DNA of 36,870 bases from an uncultured Candidatus Saccharibacteria bacterium (GCA_964479835.1 CAYZRE010000004.1:1-36870), one strand, 5' to 3'. Shown: positions 1-8,396, numbered from the stretch's first letter. Notes: a model not told the origin generated them from the sequence alone. Made by a program: numbers and translations.

Positions 1-44
1 GGGTCAAAACACGTTGCAAACACTAAGGTTCAAACTTGGAAATC

Positions 45-134
45 TGGCGGAGACGGGAGGATTCGAACCTCCGATACCCTTTCGGGTATGCCGGTTTTCG
101 AAACCGGTGCTTTCAACCACTCAGCCACATCTCC
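45..134 (-). tRNA. tRNA-Ser(CGA)
   Basis: Reverse complement folds as a cloverleaf: acceptor GGAGATG/CGTCTCC, anticodon arm CCGGT-TTCGAAA-ACCGG, long variable arm, T-loop GTTCGAAT, G discriminator, encoded CCA. Confidence 0.96.
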
Positions 135-161
135 CAGTATTTCATTGTCTCGGTCGGGAAT

Positions 162-189
162 ATTATAGCATTTTTTGCGTTTTTTGCAA
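162..189 (-). promoter_or_regulatory. sigma70-type promoter for tRNA-Ser
   Basis: TTGCAA-16 nt-TATAAT with extended TG on the - strand, just upstream of the tRNA. Confidence 0.6.
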
Positions 190-235
190 TTGCATGGTAT
201 TCCATACATCAGTTCCTCAAAGGCAAGGAGGCGAC

Positions 236-424
236 ATGATTGAGGGTCCCAAGCTACCACGAATTCCTGATGAGCCGCTTGGGATAGCGGAATATGACTG
301 CATCTGCAGCATGTGCCAGCATTTCTGGATTGAGACGCTGGGCACGAGTCAGGCATCCTGCCCACGGTGTGGAAGTACCGTTTTCAGTCGGACCGAGCAC
401 CGCCGTCCACTCAAGCAGTACTGA
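236..424 (+). CDS. Small zinc-ribbon protein, 62 aa (FmdB-like CxxC...CPxCG)
   Basis: ATG at 236 has a strong SD (AAGGAGG, 225-231). Motifs CSMC and CPRCG. A terminator hairpin follows. The longer 14..424 ORF runs through the tRNA, so the start was shortened. Confidence 0.72.
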   Translation: MIEGPKLPRIPDEPLGIAEYDCICSMCQHFWIETLGTSQASCPRCGSTVFSRTEHRRPLKQY

Positions 425-427
425 CCA

Positions 428-449
428 GACCGCCCTCCATGGGGCGGTC
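428..449. terminator. Hairpin terminator between convergent genes
   Basis: GACCGCCC-6 nt-GGGCGGTC followed by GTTCTTT. Confidence 0.65.
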
Positions 450-457
450 GTTCTTTA

Positions 458-1189
458 CTAATAGTAAATCTCCTTGCGGGGAGGGTACTTGGAGATAATG
501 TTCATCGCCTCCTGGGCAGTGTCGACGAGGTGATATAGTTGCATGTCCTCTTTATCAATGGCTTTATATTTATCGTAGACCGTGTCACTGATATATGTCA
601 GCAACGGTGACCAGTACTCTTTGCCAACTAGAATGAGCGGGACCGACTCGCGGTCGATTTTGTGTGTCTGTACCAGCGTCACCAGCTCAAAGAATTCATC
701 CAGTGTGCCGAACCCGCCCGGAAAAAAAACGTACGCCTGCGCGGTGTAAAACAACATCACCTTGCGCACGAAAAAATAATAGAACGGCTGACTCTTGGTA
801 ATGTAGGGATTGCTGCGCTGTTCAAACGGTAGCCTGATAGAGATGCCGATACTTTCCCCACCCGTCTCATACGCGCCACGATTTCCGCCTTCCATGATGC
901 CGGGCCCGGCGCCTGTGACGACTCCGATTTTTTTCTTGGCCAGTAGTCCGCCTAGCTCGCGGGCAACTTGGTACCACTTATTATCTTCAGTGAAACGCGC
1001 AGAACCCAGAATGGAGACGGTGTTTTTATAGTCGGTGATGAACTGCCATCCATCGACGAATTCCGACATGATACGGAATACGCGCCAATGGAAACTTGAC
1101 CGGAAATCCAGAGGAACTTCGCCGAGCTCTTGGCCCCACGGAAGCTTCGACTCCGGAAGGTTCATGCTGCCTTTTTGCTGTCCGTCCAT
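458..1189 (-). CDS. LOG-family (TIGR00730-type) Rossmann-fold nucleotide phosphoribohydrolase
   Basis: Motifs WRVFRIMSEFVDG, GSAR, GPGIMEG, FFVRKVM and PGGFGTLDE. Start set at ATG 1189 (MDGQQ), just after an extended -10 TGCTATACT. Confidence 0.9.
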   Translation of the reverse strand: MDGQQKGSMNLPESKLPWGQELGEVPLDFRSSFHWRVFRIMSEFVDGWQFITDYKNTVSILGSARFTEDNKWYQVARELGGLLAKKKIGVVTGAGPGIMEGGNRGAYETGGESIGISIRLPFEQRSNPYITKSQPFYYFFVRKVMLFYTAQAYVFFPGGFGTLDEFFELVTLVQTHKIDRESVPLILVGKEYWSPLLTYISDTVYDKYKAIDKEDMQLYHLVDTAQEAMNIISKYPPRKEIYY

Positions 1190-1210
1190 AGTGTCTGCAG
1201 TATAGCACAC

Positions 1211-1232
1211 CACCCCGACGATTATCGGGGTG
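1211..1232 (-). terminator. Hairpin downstream of tRNA-Ala(GGC)
   Basis: CACCCCGA-6 nt-TCGGGGTG inverted repeat; no good U-tract on the - strand. Confidence 0.45.
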
Positions 1233-1238
1233 TTTGTG

Positions 1239-1309
1239 TGGACCTACGGGGAGTCGAACCCCGACTTCATCCATGCCATGGACGTGTGATACCGCTTCAC
1301 CATAGGCCC
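1239..1309 (-). tRNA. tRNA-Ala(GGC), CCA not encoded
   Basis: Acceptor GGGCCTA/TAGGTCC with G3:U70, anticodon loop AT-GGC-AT (A32-U38 typical of Ala-GGC), T-loop GTTCGACT. Confidence 0.94.
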
Positions 1310-1369
1310 GAAACGGTTGAAAAAATACCATAAAAACTGTACTATTACAAGGTATGATGTAGCGGGCAC

Positions 1370-1444
1370 GCCCCCGTAGCTCAACGGATAGAGCAGACCC
1401 GTCCTAAGGGTACGATGGAGGTTCGATTCCTTTCGGGGGCACCA
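1370..1444 (+). tRNA. tRNA-Arg(CCT)
   Basis: Acceptor GCCCCCG/CGGGGGC, D-arm with GGATA, anticodon loop GT-CCT-AA, T-loop GTTCGATT, encoded CCA. Confidence 0.92.
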
Positions 1445-1452
1445 AAACCACT

Positions 1453-2886
1453 ATGGAGATACATCCGAAAGTCAGAGAGATACTACAAACACTCGAAAAT
1501 AGCGGCTACAAATCCTTCGTCGTTGGCGGGTGTGTTCGCGATGTTCTGATGGGGCGGCATCCGACCGATTGGGACATCGCCACCGATGCACTGCCGGAGC
1601 GTATCCAGGAATTGTTCCCGGACAACTTCTACGACAACTCATTTGGCACGGTCACTATCAAAACGCGCGATGTTGACCCCATCGTGCGAACCGTGCAGGT
1701 AACACCATTTCGCATCGAGGGCACCTACAGCGATAAACGCCATCCCGACACGGTGCGATTTGCGCCGACCATCGAAGAGGATTTGTCGCGTCGCGATTTT
1801 ACGGTGAACGCCATCGCCGTGTCATCGGACGGTGCCGTCGTAGACCCGCACGGGGGACGAGAGGATATCGAGCACAAAGTCATCCGCGCAGTTGGCGATC
1901 CCGTGGCACGCTTCACAGAAGACGCCCTGCGCATGATGCGCGCCGTGCGGTTTGCGACCTCTCTCGATTTCGCCATCGATGACGCCACGCTCAAAGCCAT
2001 TACCGGCAACGCGGCATCGCTCAAAGACATCTCTGCCGAACGCGTGCGGGATGAGCTCATCAAAATCATCGACACACCGCGCGCATTGGATGGCATACAG
2101 CTCCTCGAAGATGTCGGGCTCCTGCAGTTCATTATTCCCGAACTGCGCGAGGGTCTTGGCGTCGAGCAGAACTTGCACCACATCTACACGGTCTGGGAGC
2201 ACAATCTGCGGACCATGAAATACGCGGCCGACAAAACATACTCATTCCCGGTGCGCATGGCATGTCTTCTGCACGATGTGGGAAAGCCACGGAGCAAGCG
2301 TGGTGAAGGGAAGCATTGCACCTTCTACGCGCACGACGGGGTCGGCGCTACCATGACAAAGAAAATTATGGAACGCCTGAAGTTCCCGCATGATGTCTCC
2401 GAGAAGGTGACGCTCCTCGTCCGTTATCACATGTTCTACTACAGCGTCGGAGAGGTAACCGAATCATCGGTTCGGCGTCTTGTCGCCAATGTCGGGCTGG
2501 AGAACATCGACGACCTCCTGCGCGTGCGGGAAGGGGACCGCATCGGTTCGGGCACACCCAAAGCGGTTCCATACAAGCTGCGGCACCTCAAATATATGAT
2601 CGACAAAGTGAGTCACGACGCGCTCTCGGTCAAAATGCTCAAAATAAATGGTGCCGACATTATGGAGACACTCGCGACGCCTCCCGGTCCGAAAATAGGC
2701 ATCATGCTCAATTCACTGCTGGCAGAAGTGCTCGATGATCCGTCGCTCAATGAGCGCGATGTGCTGTTGAAGCGAGTACGGGAGCTTGATAAGAAGACCC
2801 CGGAGGAACTGCGAAAGTCCCTCCAGCGCATCGAAAAAGCGCTCCAGCAGGAAGAGCAAGAGCGCATGAAGAAATACTACGTATAA
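1453..2886 (+). CDS. cca: CCA-adding tRNA nucleotidyltransferase (class II) with HD domain
   Basis: VGGCVRD..DWDIAT, RRDFTVNA, EDALRMMRAVRF, and an HD domain (HH..TVWEH..LLHDVGK). Confidence 0.9.
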   Translation: MEIHPKVREILQTLENSGYKSFVVGGCVRDVLMGRHPTDWDIATDALPERIQELFPDNFYDNSFGTVTIKTRDVDPIVRTVQVTPFRIEGTYSDKRHPDTVRFAPTIEEDLSRRDFTVNAIAVSSDGAVVDPHGGREDIEHKVIRAVGDPVARFTEDALRMMRAVRFATSLDFAIDDATLKAITGNAASLKDISAERVRDELIKIIDTPRALDGIQLLEDVGLLQFIIPELREGLGVEQNLHHIYTVWEHNLRTMKYAADKTYSFPVRMACLLHDVGKPRSKRGEGKHCTFYAHDGVGATMTKKIMERLKFPHDVSEKVTLLVRYHMFYYSVGEVTESSVRRLVANVGLENIDDLLRVREGDRIGSGTPKAVPYKLRHLKYMIDKVSHDALSVKMLKINGADIMETLATPPGPKIGIMLNSLLAEVLDDPSLNERDVLLKRVRELDKKTPEELRKSLQRIEKALQQEEQERMKKYYV

Positions 2887-2888
2887 CC

Positions 2889-2913
2889 AAAAGACCCCGA
2901 GAGGGGGTCTTTT
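2889..2913. terminator. Bidirectional intrinsic terminator
   Basis: AAAAGACCCC-GAGAG-GGGGTCTTTT between convergent cca and tRNA-Pro. Confidence 0.8.
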
Positions 2914-2922
2914 GTGATTCGG

Positions 2923-2993
2923 TCGGGCCGCCGAGAATCGAACTCGGTCTTCACGAACCCGAATCGCGCGTACTACCGGTATACTACGGCCCG
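2923..2993 (-). tRNA. tRNA-Pro(CGG), CCA not fully encoded (CCG)
   Basis: Acceptor CGGGCCG/CGGCCCG, anticodon arm CGCGA-TTCGGGT-TCGTG, T-loop GTTCGATT. Confidence 0.93.
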
Positions 2994-3036
2994 ACTCTGC
3001 TGCCGATTGCGCCGCGCCATAATACCACGACTTTGG

Positions 3037-3597
3037 CTAGATTTCCAGTTCGATAGTCGCAGATTCCTCCCGCTGCAAATCGCGCTCAAGCTCCCGGAGC
3101 TCCTTCTCGAGGTTATCGTTGTCGTCATCGGATTCTTTTTGGTCCTTCCGGTTGAGATCCTTCGTCTTCTCATCATCATTCAAATCCTCGTCCTGTTCTT
3201 TCTGTTCTTCGTCCGCAAGTGTTTCATCGAAGGCCCCTTCTTCTGCGTCCATCTGCCGTTCAAGCTGTTGCAACTCCACATCGAATTGGGCGTCTTCGCC
3301 CGACGTCACCGCCGCTTCGATGCGGTCATTTACTTGCAATCGGAAGTTATAGAGCGTGTCATTGGGGCCGGCCATGTGAGCGGAAACGCCGGTACCGCCA
3401 AGCACGAGCACTGTCGCAAGCAGTGAGGACGCCACGGCATGCCGGCGAACCCAGGACCACGCGACAGTTGCCGCTACCACGCGGGGATGATACGAAAGCG
3501 TGTATGCTAACAGCTTGTGGCGCATTGCCGCCTTCTCGGTGGCGGTCATGGAAATCTCACGGCCACGGGACATCAATTGTTCGGGTTGTTCTGTCAT
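3037..3597 (-). CDS. Putative anti-sigma factor: single-pass membrane protein with DUF5667-like segment and acidic tail
   Basis: Overlaps the ECF sigma stop by 4 nt (ATGA). Short N-terminal domain, TM helix, PNDTLYNFRLQVNDRIE motif, D/E-rich C-terminus. Confidence 0.65.
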   Translation of the reverse strand: MTEQPEQLMSRGREISMTATEKAAMRHKLLAYTLSYHPRVVAATVAWSWVRRHAVASSLLATVLVLGGTGVSAHMAGPNDTLYNFRLQVNDRIEAAVTSGEDAQFDVELQQLERQMDAEEGAFDETLADEEQKEQDEDLNDDEKTKDLNRKDQKESDDDNDNLEKELRELERDLQREESATIELEI

Positions 3598-4091
3598 GTG
3601 TTCATTAATTCACGGAGTTTCTGCATGCCACGGGTGATACGTACGGAAACGACATTCTCATTCTCTCCGATAATCTCCGCAATCTCGCGCGGCATCAGGT
3701 CTTCAACATAGCGGAGCAGGACGGCTTCCCGATAGGGCTGTTCCAGCATCCCGGCAAATCGGAGTACCTCTGCAGCTGCGGCCGTCATGAGGGGACTGGA
3801 GGTGCGCTCGTCAGCAACATCAAATCCGGACTCCTGCATCTCGTCCAACGACTGCGCGGACGGTCTGCGCGAGTGGTCAATGATTGCGTTACGGGCCGTT
3901 TGGTATAAGAAAGGACGCATCTGCTGAACGATTTTCCCTTGTGTCAGGTACCTCCACACGCGAGCGAAAGTGTCCTGGGTCAGGTCCAGCGCAAGCTCGC
4001 GCTGACTGGTCTGCGCGAAGCAGAATCGGAAGATGGCATTCGAATGGTCGTCGAACGCCGCTACAAACCGTTCTTCAAGGGTCTGCTTCAT
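3594..4091 (-). CDS. ECF RNA polymerase sigma factor
   Basis: Region 2 (ALDLTQDTFARVW...FLYQTARNAIIDHSR) and region 4 HTH (YREAVLLRYVEDLMPREIAEIIG...VSVRITRG); 165 aa. Confidence 0.93.
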   Translation of the reverse strand: MKQTLEERFVAAFDDHSNAIFRFCFAQTSQRELALDLTQDTFARVWRYLTQGKIVQQMRPFLYQTARNAIIDHSRRPSAQSLDEMQESGFDVADERTSSPLMTAAAAEVLRFAGMLEQPYREAVLLRYVEDLMPREIAEIIGENENVVSVRITRGMQKLRELMNT

Positions 4092-4095
4092 AGTA

Positions 4096-4124
4096 TATGA
4101 CGCACAATAACGGCTTCTCTTTCA
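4096..4124 (-). promoter_or_regulatory. Putative ECF promoter, copy 1 (TGAAAG-16 nt-CGTCAT), leaderless to the sigma gene
   Basis: TGAAAGAGA-N13-CGTCATA ends 4 nt before the sigma ATG; a second copy is at 4786-4814. Confidence 0.7.
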
Positions 4125-4132
4125 TGATGCAA

Positions 4133-4167
4133 CACAGAGGGAAGGCGCATTACGCCTTCCCTCTGTG
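4133..4167. terminator. 15-bp perfect hairpin between the secreted-protein gene and the sigma gene
   Basis: CACAGAGGGAAGGCG-CATTA-CGCCTTCCCTCTGTG. Confidence 0.7.
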
Positions 4168-4181
4168 AGCTCTGAAATGGG

Positions 4182-4751
4182 TTACGGAGTGGGGGTGGGG
4201 GCGGACATTCCACGGGTCGAGACGACTACAGCAACCAACGCCTTGTGTGCTTCGCGAATCGCAGCAAGAACGTTTTTGTGCAGTACGCGGACACGAGCCA
4301 TAATCTCACTTGTCGGCTTGTTTTGCTCGATGAGAGCCTTTAGTTGCGTGTCTGCCGAAGCGCTCGTCAGTGCAGTTTGCGCGTCGGTAATCTTCAGGCG
4401 GGCGGTTGCAAGAAGGGCTTTCTGTGAGGAAACATTTTTGCCCGCATCTTCAAGCTTCTGGAGACGCTTTCCTATCTTATCAGCCATTTTCGTCTCGAGG
4501 TCGATCAATCTCTGGAGGCGTTCGCCGGTCTTGCGCCAGAATTTGGTAATGCGTTCCTGACGATCCGCTTCATGCTTTAAGCGCAATGCTACGCTCTTGG
4601 ATTCCGCGTCATCGCGACGGTCGTCCTGGCGTCCCTGTTGGAATTTCTGGAAAAATCCGCGAATTCCGGAGCCGTTGTCGGCAAATGCAGGGGAGATGGA
4701 ACCTCCCAGAACCGCTACGAGCGTAAGGGTTGATACGATGTATTTTTTCAT
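4182..4751 (-). CDS. Secreted alpha-helical/coiled-coil hypothetical protein, 189 aa
   Basis: Start reset to MKKYIV. Sec signal peptide ending AFA-D, basic helical body, C-terminal PTPTP. Confidence 0.8.
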   Translation of the reverse strand: MKKYIVSTLTLVAVLGGSISPAFADNGSGIRGFFQKFQQGRQDDRRDDAESKSVALRLKHEADRQERITKFWRKTGERLQRLIDLETKMADKIGKRLQKLEDAGKNVSSQKALLATARLKITDAQTALTSASADTQLKALIEQNKPTSEIMARVRVLHKNVLAAIREAHKALVAVVVSTRGMSAPTPTP

Positions 4752-4785
4752 GGGATAGAGCGTAACACAAAGACAGTACAAGCGG

Positions 4786-4814
4786 TATGACGACGCCGGC
4801 GCTAATCTCTTACA
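4786..4814 (-). promoter_or_regulatory. Putative ECF promoter, copy 2 (TGTAAG-16 nt-CGTCAT)
   Basis: TGTAAGAGA-N13-CGTCATA, same spacing as copy 1 with 15 of 16 motif positions identical. Confidence 0.7.
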
Positions 4815-4859
4815 ACCCTGGCCAAATACGGCGTTTTATGCTATTTTCCACTGGCTCAT

Positions 4860-4930
4860 GGGCCTGTAGTAAAGTGGCATTACACGGCATTCGCATTGCT
4901 GAGGCGGGAGTTCGATTCTCCCCAGGTCCA
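4860..4930 (+). tRNA. tRNA-Ala(CGC), CCA not encoded
   Basis: Acceptor GGGCCTG/CAGGTCC with G3:U70, anticodon arm CGGCA-TTCGCAT-TGCTG, T-loop GTTCGATT. Confidence 0.93.
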
Positions 4931-5101
4931 CATGTACTCGTTGGGATGCCATTTGGCATGCCAACGAGTAACTTGTAGTCTTGGTGGAGAGAATCGAACG
5001 CCGGACGGATGCGACGCCAGCTGGCGTTGCCCGGAGGCGGTGGCTAGCCCGAGATACGCGACGGCGCGCCGAGAGGCGAAGCCGATTCTCCCCAGGTCCA
5101 C
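4913..5101 (+). repeat. 19-bp direct repeat of the tRNA-Ala 3' end bracketing a structured insert (170-bp period)
   Basis: CGATTCTCCCCAGGTCCAC at 4913-4931 and 5083-5101. Internal hairpins at 4935-4970 and 5011-5030; inverted T-arm copy at 4989-4999. Confidence 0.85.
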
Positions 5102-5157
5102 TATTCGGCCGCTCCTTATTACCCAAAAGACTGCTGGTAGTGCTATGCTATAACCCC

Positions 5158-5550
5158 ATGAACCAATATCTTCGCACCTGCATCATTTCGCTTGTCTTGA
5201 GCGGCTCTCCGGCTCTATTGTTGGGGGCGGCGAGCGCAAGAGCAGTAGGCTTTGAGGGTGGGCCGATGGTACTTTTTTATCTACTCTGCCAACTTCTTAT
5301 TCTTCTTGTAGTTCCAATAGTTTCTAGCAGGCCTAGCCAATCTGGAACAACGCGCGCTTATCAAATGTTTTTCCATTTCGTTATCTGCCTGTTTGTCGTA
5401 GTTGCAGTAACGGCACCGATGGTCATCAGAAATAGAAACAGAGCACGAGTGTGGTGTGAGGAGGGTAACGCTCGGACGAAAATTATGAATGAGCAGGGCC
5501 TAGCAAGGGACCCAAATTTTCAGCTGTTTAAGCTGGATCTTTGCGACTAA
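5158..5550 (+). CDS. Hypothetical membrane protein (~3 TM), 130 aa
   Basis: Start reset to ATG 5158 (MNQYLR), just after TGCTATGCT; three hydrophobic segments. Confidence 0.6.
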   Translation: MNQYLRTCIISLVLSGSPALLLGAASARAVGFEGGPMVLFYLLCQLLILLVVPIVSSRPSQSGTTRAYQMFFHFVICLFVVVAVTAPMVIRNRNRARVWCEEGNARTKIMNEQGLARDPNFQLFKLDLCD

Positions 5551-5614
5551 TCGCTTCCTGTATTTTGCTTGTGGGAGCTCTCTTTCAGTATTTTCTGCTA
5601 TCCTCAGCGCATTT

Positions 5615-7582
5615 ATGAATCATATCCTCGAAGGCCTCAATGAAAAGCAGGTCGAGGCCGTCACGACGACGGACGGCCCTGTATTGGTCATTTCCGGGCC
5701 CGGCTCGGGCAAGACGCGCGCGCTGACGCACCGCATCGCATATTTGTTGTCATCGGGCATCCCCGCCACCAGTATTCTTGCCGTGACCTTCACCAACAAG
5801 GCCGCCGCAGAGATAAAAGAGCGCGTACACAAACTGTTGGGCGCGAAAAGCGCGCAACCGACGCTGGGAACATTCCACTCGGTCGGTTTGCGTATTTTGC
5901 GCGTACACGGACAGAAACTGGGATACGGTCCCAACTTCACCATTTTAGATTCCAGCGACCAGCAGGCGCTCATGCGGCGTCTTCTGGTGCAGTTGGAGTT
6001 GGACCCGAAACGCCATACTCCCGGCGCGATGTTGGCAAAAATTCAGAAACTTAAAACCGAACTGACCTCACCACAGAACTACGAAGGGACAGGATACACC
6101 GAAAAAATTGTCGCGCGACTGTACCGCGCCTATCAGTCACAACTGGAAGCAATGAACTCGGTTGATTTCGGCGACCTCATCATGCTTCCCGTGCGCCTGT
6201 TCCGCGAACATCCCGAAGTGCTCGCGCGGTATCAGGACGCGTGGCGCTATATTTTGGTGGATGAATACCAAGATACCAGTCACGACCAGTACACGCTCAT
6301 CGGTATGCTCGCCGCGCGGCACGGAAATCTGTTTTGTATCGGCGATGATGCCCAGTCCATCTACCAATTCCGGCAAGCCGACATCCGCAATATTCTCAAC
6401 TTCCAGAAAGATTGGCCCAAAGGAAAGGTAATTCTGTTGGAGCAAAACTATCGGTCAACGAAAACAATTCTCGCCGCTGCACAGGCAATCATTTCAAATA
6501 ATAAAGCACAGATTCCCAAAGACCTCTGGACCCACAACGCGTCGGGAGATGCTATCACGGTCACTGAAACGGTCAGCGAACGGCACGAAGCACAACATCT
6601 CATTGACACTCTGCGCACATTGCAACGCCAACGCTACACACTTTCCGATTGCGCGGTGCTGTACCGCACGCATGCGCAAAGCCGCGCGCTGGAAGAACAG
6701 CTGGTTCGCGCCGGCGTGCCCTACCGCATCGTGGGCGGCATCCGGTTTTACGAGCGCCGTGAAATCAAAGACTTGCTGGCCTATGCGCGACTCGTTAATA
6801 ATCCCGTCGATGTCGTCAGTCTCGGACGCATTGCCAATGTGCCTACGCGCGGCATCGGACCCGTCACGGTTGACCGTATTTTTGCTGTCGAAGCCTCCGA
6901 CCGCATCTCTGCCATCGGCGTGCTGTCGGGCGACTATCCACCCACCAGCAGAACCGGTAAGTCACTCGCCAGCTTGCACTCGCTATTAAAAACACTCAAA
7001 CGTACTGCGGAGCAGAAAAAAACCAGCGAGGTGGTGCGCGCCATCATCAAATTGACGAACTACGAAGAATATCTGCGCACGCAAAAAACACTCGACGGGC
7101 CGGGTGCCGCCGAGGAACGCATCGAGAATGTTCGCGAACTGCTCACCGTGGCAAAAAAATATGACAGCGCCGGTCCGGCCGGACTGGGACAATTTCTTGA
7201 AGAGGTCGCGCTTCTGCAGGACACCGACCAGCTAGCGGTGGGGGATGAGGCGGTCACGCTGATGACGATGCACGCGGCAAAGGGTTTAGAATTCCCCATC
7301 GTGTTCATTTGTGGCATGGAGGAGGGATTATTCCCGCACAGCCGCACCATCTGGGCGCCACATGAGTTGGAAGAAGAACGGCGGCTGTGTTATGTGGCAA
7401 TCACGCGGGCGAAGGAGCGCCTGTTTGTGAGTCTGGCCAAGTGGCGCAACATCTACGGTTCACGACAGGCCAATATACCGTCACGCTTTCTGTCCGAGGT
7501 GCCCGCTCATTTGCTCTCCTGGCAGAAGCTGGAGCCCGAAGATTGGGTTGAAGCCGATACCGCCATCGACTATGACGACTAA
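5615..7582 (+). CDS. pcrA: UvrD/PcrA ATP-dependent DNA helicase
   Basis: SGPGSGKT, VTFTNKAA, VDEYQD, GDDAQSIYQFR, LEQNYRST, TMHAAKGLEF, EERRLCYVAITRA. Confidence 0.96.
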   Translation: MNHILEGLNEKQVEAVTTTDGPVLVISGPGSGKTRALTHRIAYLLSSGIPATSILAVTFTNKAAAEIKERVHKLLGAKSAQPTLGTFHSVGLRILRVHGQKLGYGPNFTILDSSDQQALMRRLLVQLELDPKRHTPGAMLAKIQKLKTELTSPQNYEGTGYTEKIVARLYRAYQSQLEAMNSVDFGDLIMLPVRLFREHPEVLARYQDAWRYILVDEYQDTSHDQYTLIGMLAARHGNLFCIGDDAQSIYQFRQADIRNILNFQKDWPKGKVILLEQNYRSTKTILAAAQAIISNNKAQIPKDLWTHNASGDAITVTETVSERHEAQHLIDTLRTLQRQRYTLSDCAVLYRTHAQSRALEEQLVRAGVPYRIVGGIRFYERREIKDLLAYARLVNNPVDVVSLGRIANVPTRGIGPVTVDRIFAVEASDRISAIGVLSGDYPPTSRTGKSLASLHSLLKTLKRTAEQKKTSEVVRAIIKLTNYEEYLRTQKTLDGPGAAEERIENVRELLTVAKKYDSAGPAGLGQFLEEVALLQDTDQLAVGDEAVTLMTMHAAKGLEFPIVFICGMEEGLFPHSRTIWAPHELEEERRLCYVAITRAKERLFVSLAKWRNIYGSRQANIPSRFLSEVPAHLLSWQKLEPEDWVEADTAIDYDD

Positions 7583-8339
7583 GATACGCGTACACGCCAA
7601 GAAATCGCTCGGACAGAACTTCCTCGTCAACGAGGGAGTGCTCGACCGTATCGTTACTACAGCGCAGCTATCTCCCGATGATACGGTTGTTGAGGTTGGT
7701 CCGGGAACGGGCGCTCTTACCCAACGCCTTGTAGCAACCGGCGCTCGCATCATCGCTATCGAGAAAGATGGGTGGCTCGTTGAACTCTTACGGGAAAAAT
7801 TCGCCGACGCTTCAAATCTTGAGATCATTGAGGGCGATATACTGAAATTTGAACCCTCCGCCTACCGGCTACAAGCTAACTCCTATAAACTCGTAGCCAA
7901 CATTCCGTACTACCTGACCTCGCACCTGCTACGGTTGATGTTGGAGCAGTGGCCAGCACCCTCATTGGCCGTACTTATGGTGCAGGAAGAAGTTGCACAT
8001 CGCATGATGGCCACACCGCCCGACATGAACTTGCTGGCACTATCGGTACAGCTGTACGCGAATCCTTCGGCGGTGATGCGCGTCTCCCGTGGAAGCTTCC
8101 GTCCGATACCGGATGTGGATTCGGCGGTCATAAGAATTGAAACGACAGCAACCGATGAGCAGCGAAAAATTGCGGAACGCGTACTGCTCGTCGCGAAAAA
8201 AGCGTTCGGGCAGAGACGGAAGCAACTCAAAGCGACGATACCCGTGGAAACGCTGGAGCGTGCTGGTATCTCTCCGATGGCCCGCCCACAGGAACTCTCG
8301 GTTCCCGACTGGCTTCGCCTGGTCTCCGCACTTGAATAG
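7572..8339 (+). CDS. rsmA: 16S rRNA dimethyladenosine transferase
   Basis: KKSLGQNFL, EVGPGTGALT, VANIPYY, MVQEEVA, FRPIPDVDS. Start reset to ATG 7572. Confidence 0.95.
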   Translation: MTTKIRVHAKKSLGQNFLVNEGVLDRIVTTAQLSPDDTVVEVGPGTGALTQRLVATGARIIAIEKDGWLVELLREKFADASNLEIIEGDILKFEPSAYRLQANSYKLVANIPYYLTSHLLRLMLEQWPAPSLAVLMVQEEVAHRMMATPPDMNLLALSVQLYANPSAVMRVSRGSFRPIPDVDSAVIRIETTATDEQRKIAERVLLVAKKAFGQRRKQLKATIPVETLERAGISPMARPQELSVPDWLRLVSALE

Positions 8340-8396
8340 ATATACACACGAAGCCTAGATTTTTCGCGCACAAGTTTGTGCTAGAATGAGGGGAAT

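Noticed and set aside
14-235. N-terminal extension of ORF 14..424 and ORFs 30..365 and 36..239
   Set aside because: They run across tRNA-Ser; the real start is the SD-preceded ATG at 236.
2914-3426. 170-aa hydrophobic + strand ORF
   Set aside because: Antisense shadow of the acidic anti-sigma tail and tRNA-Pro.
4836-5153. Several ORFs over tRNA-Ala and its trailer, considered as a possible integrase remnant
   Set aside because: No recombinase motifs; they overlap the tRNA and GC-rich hairpins.
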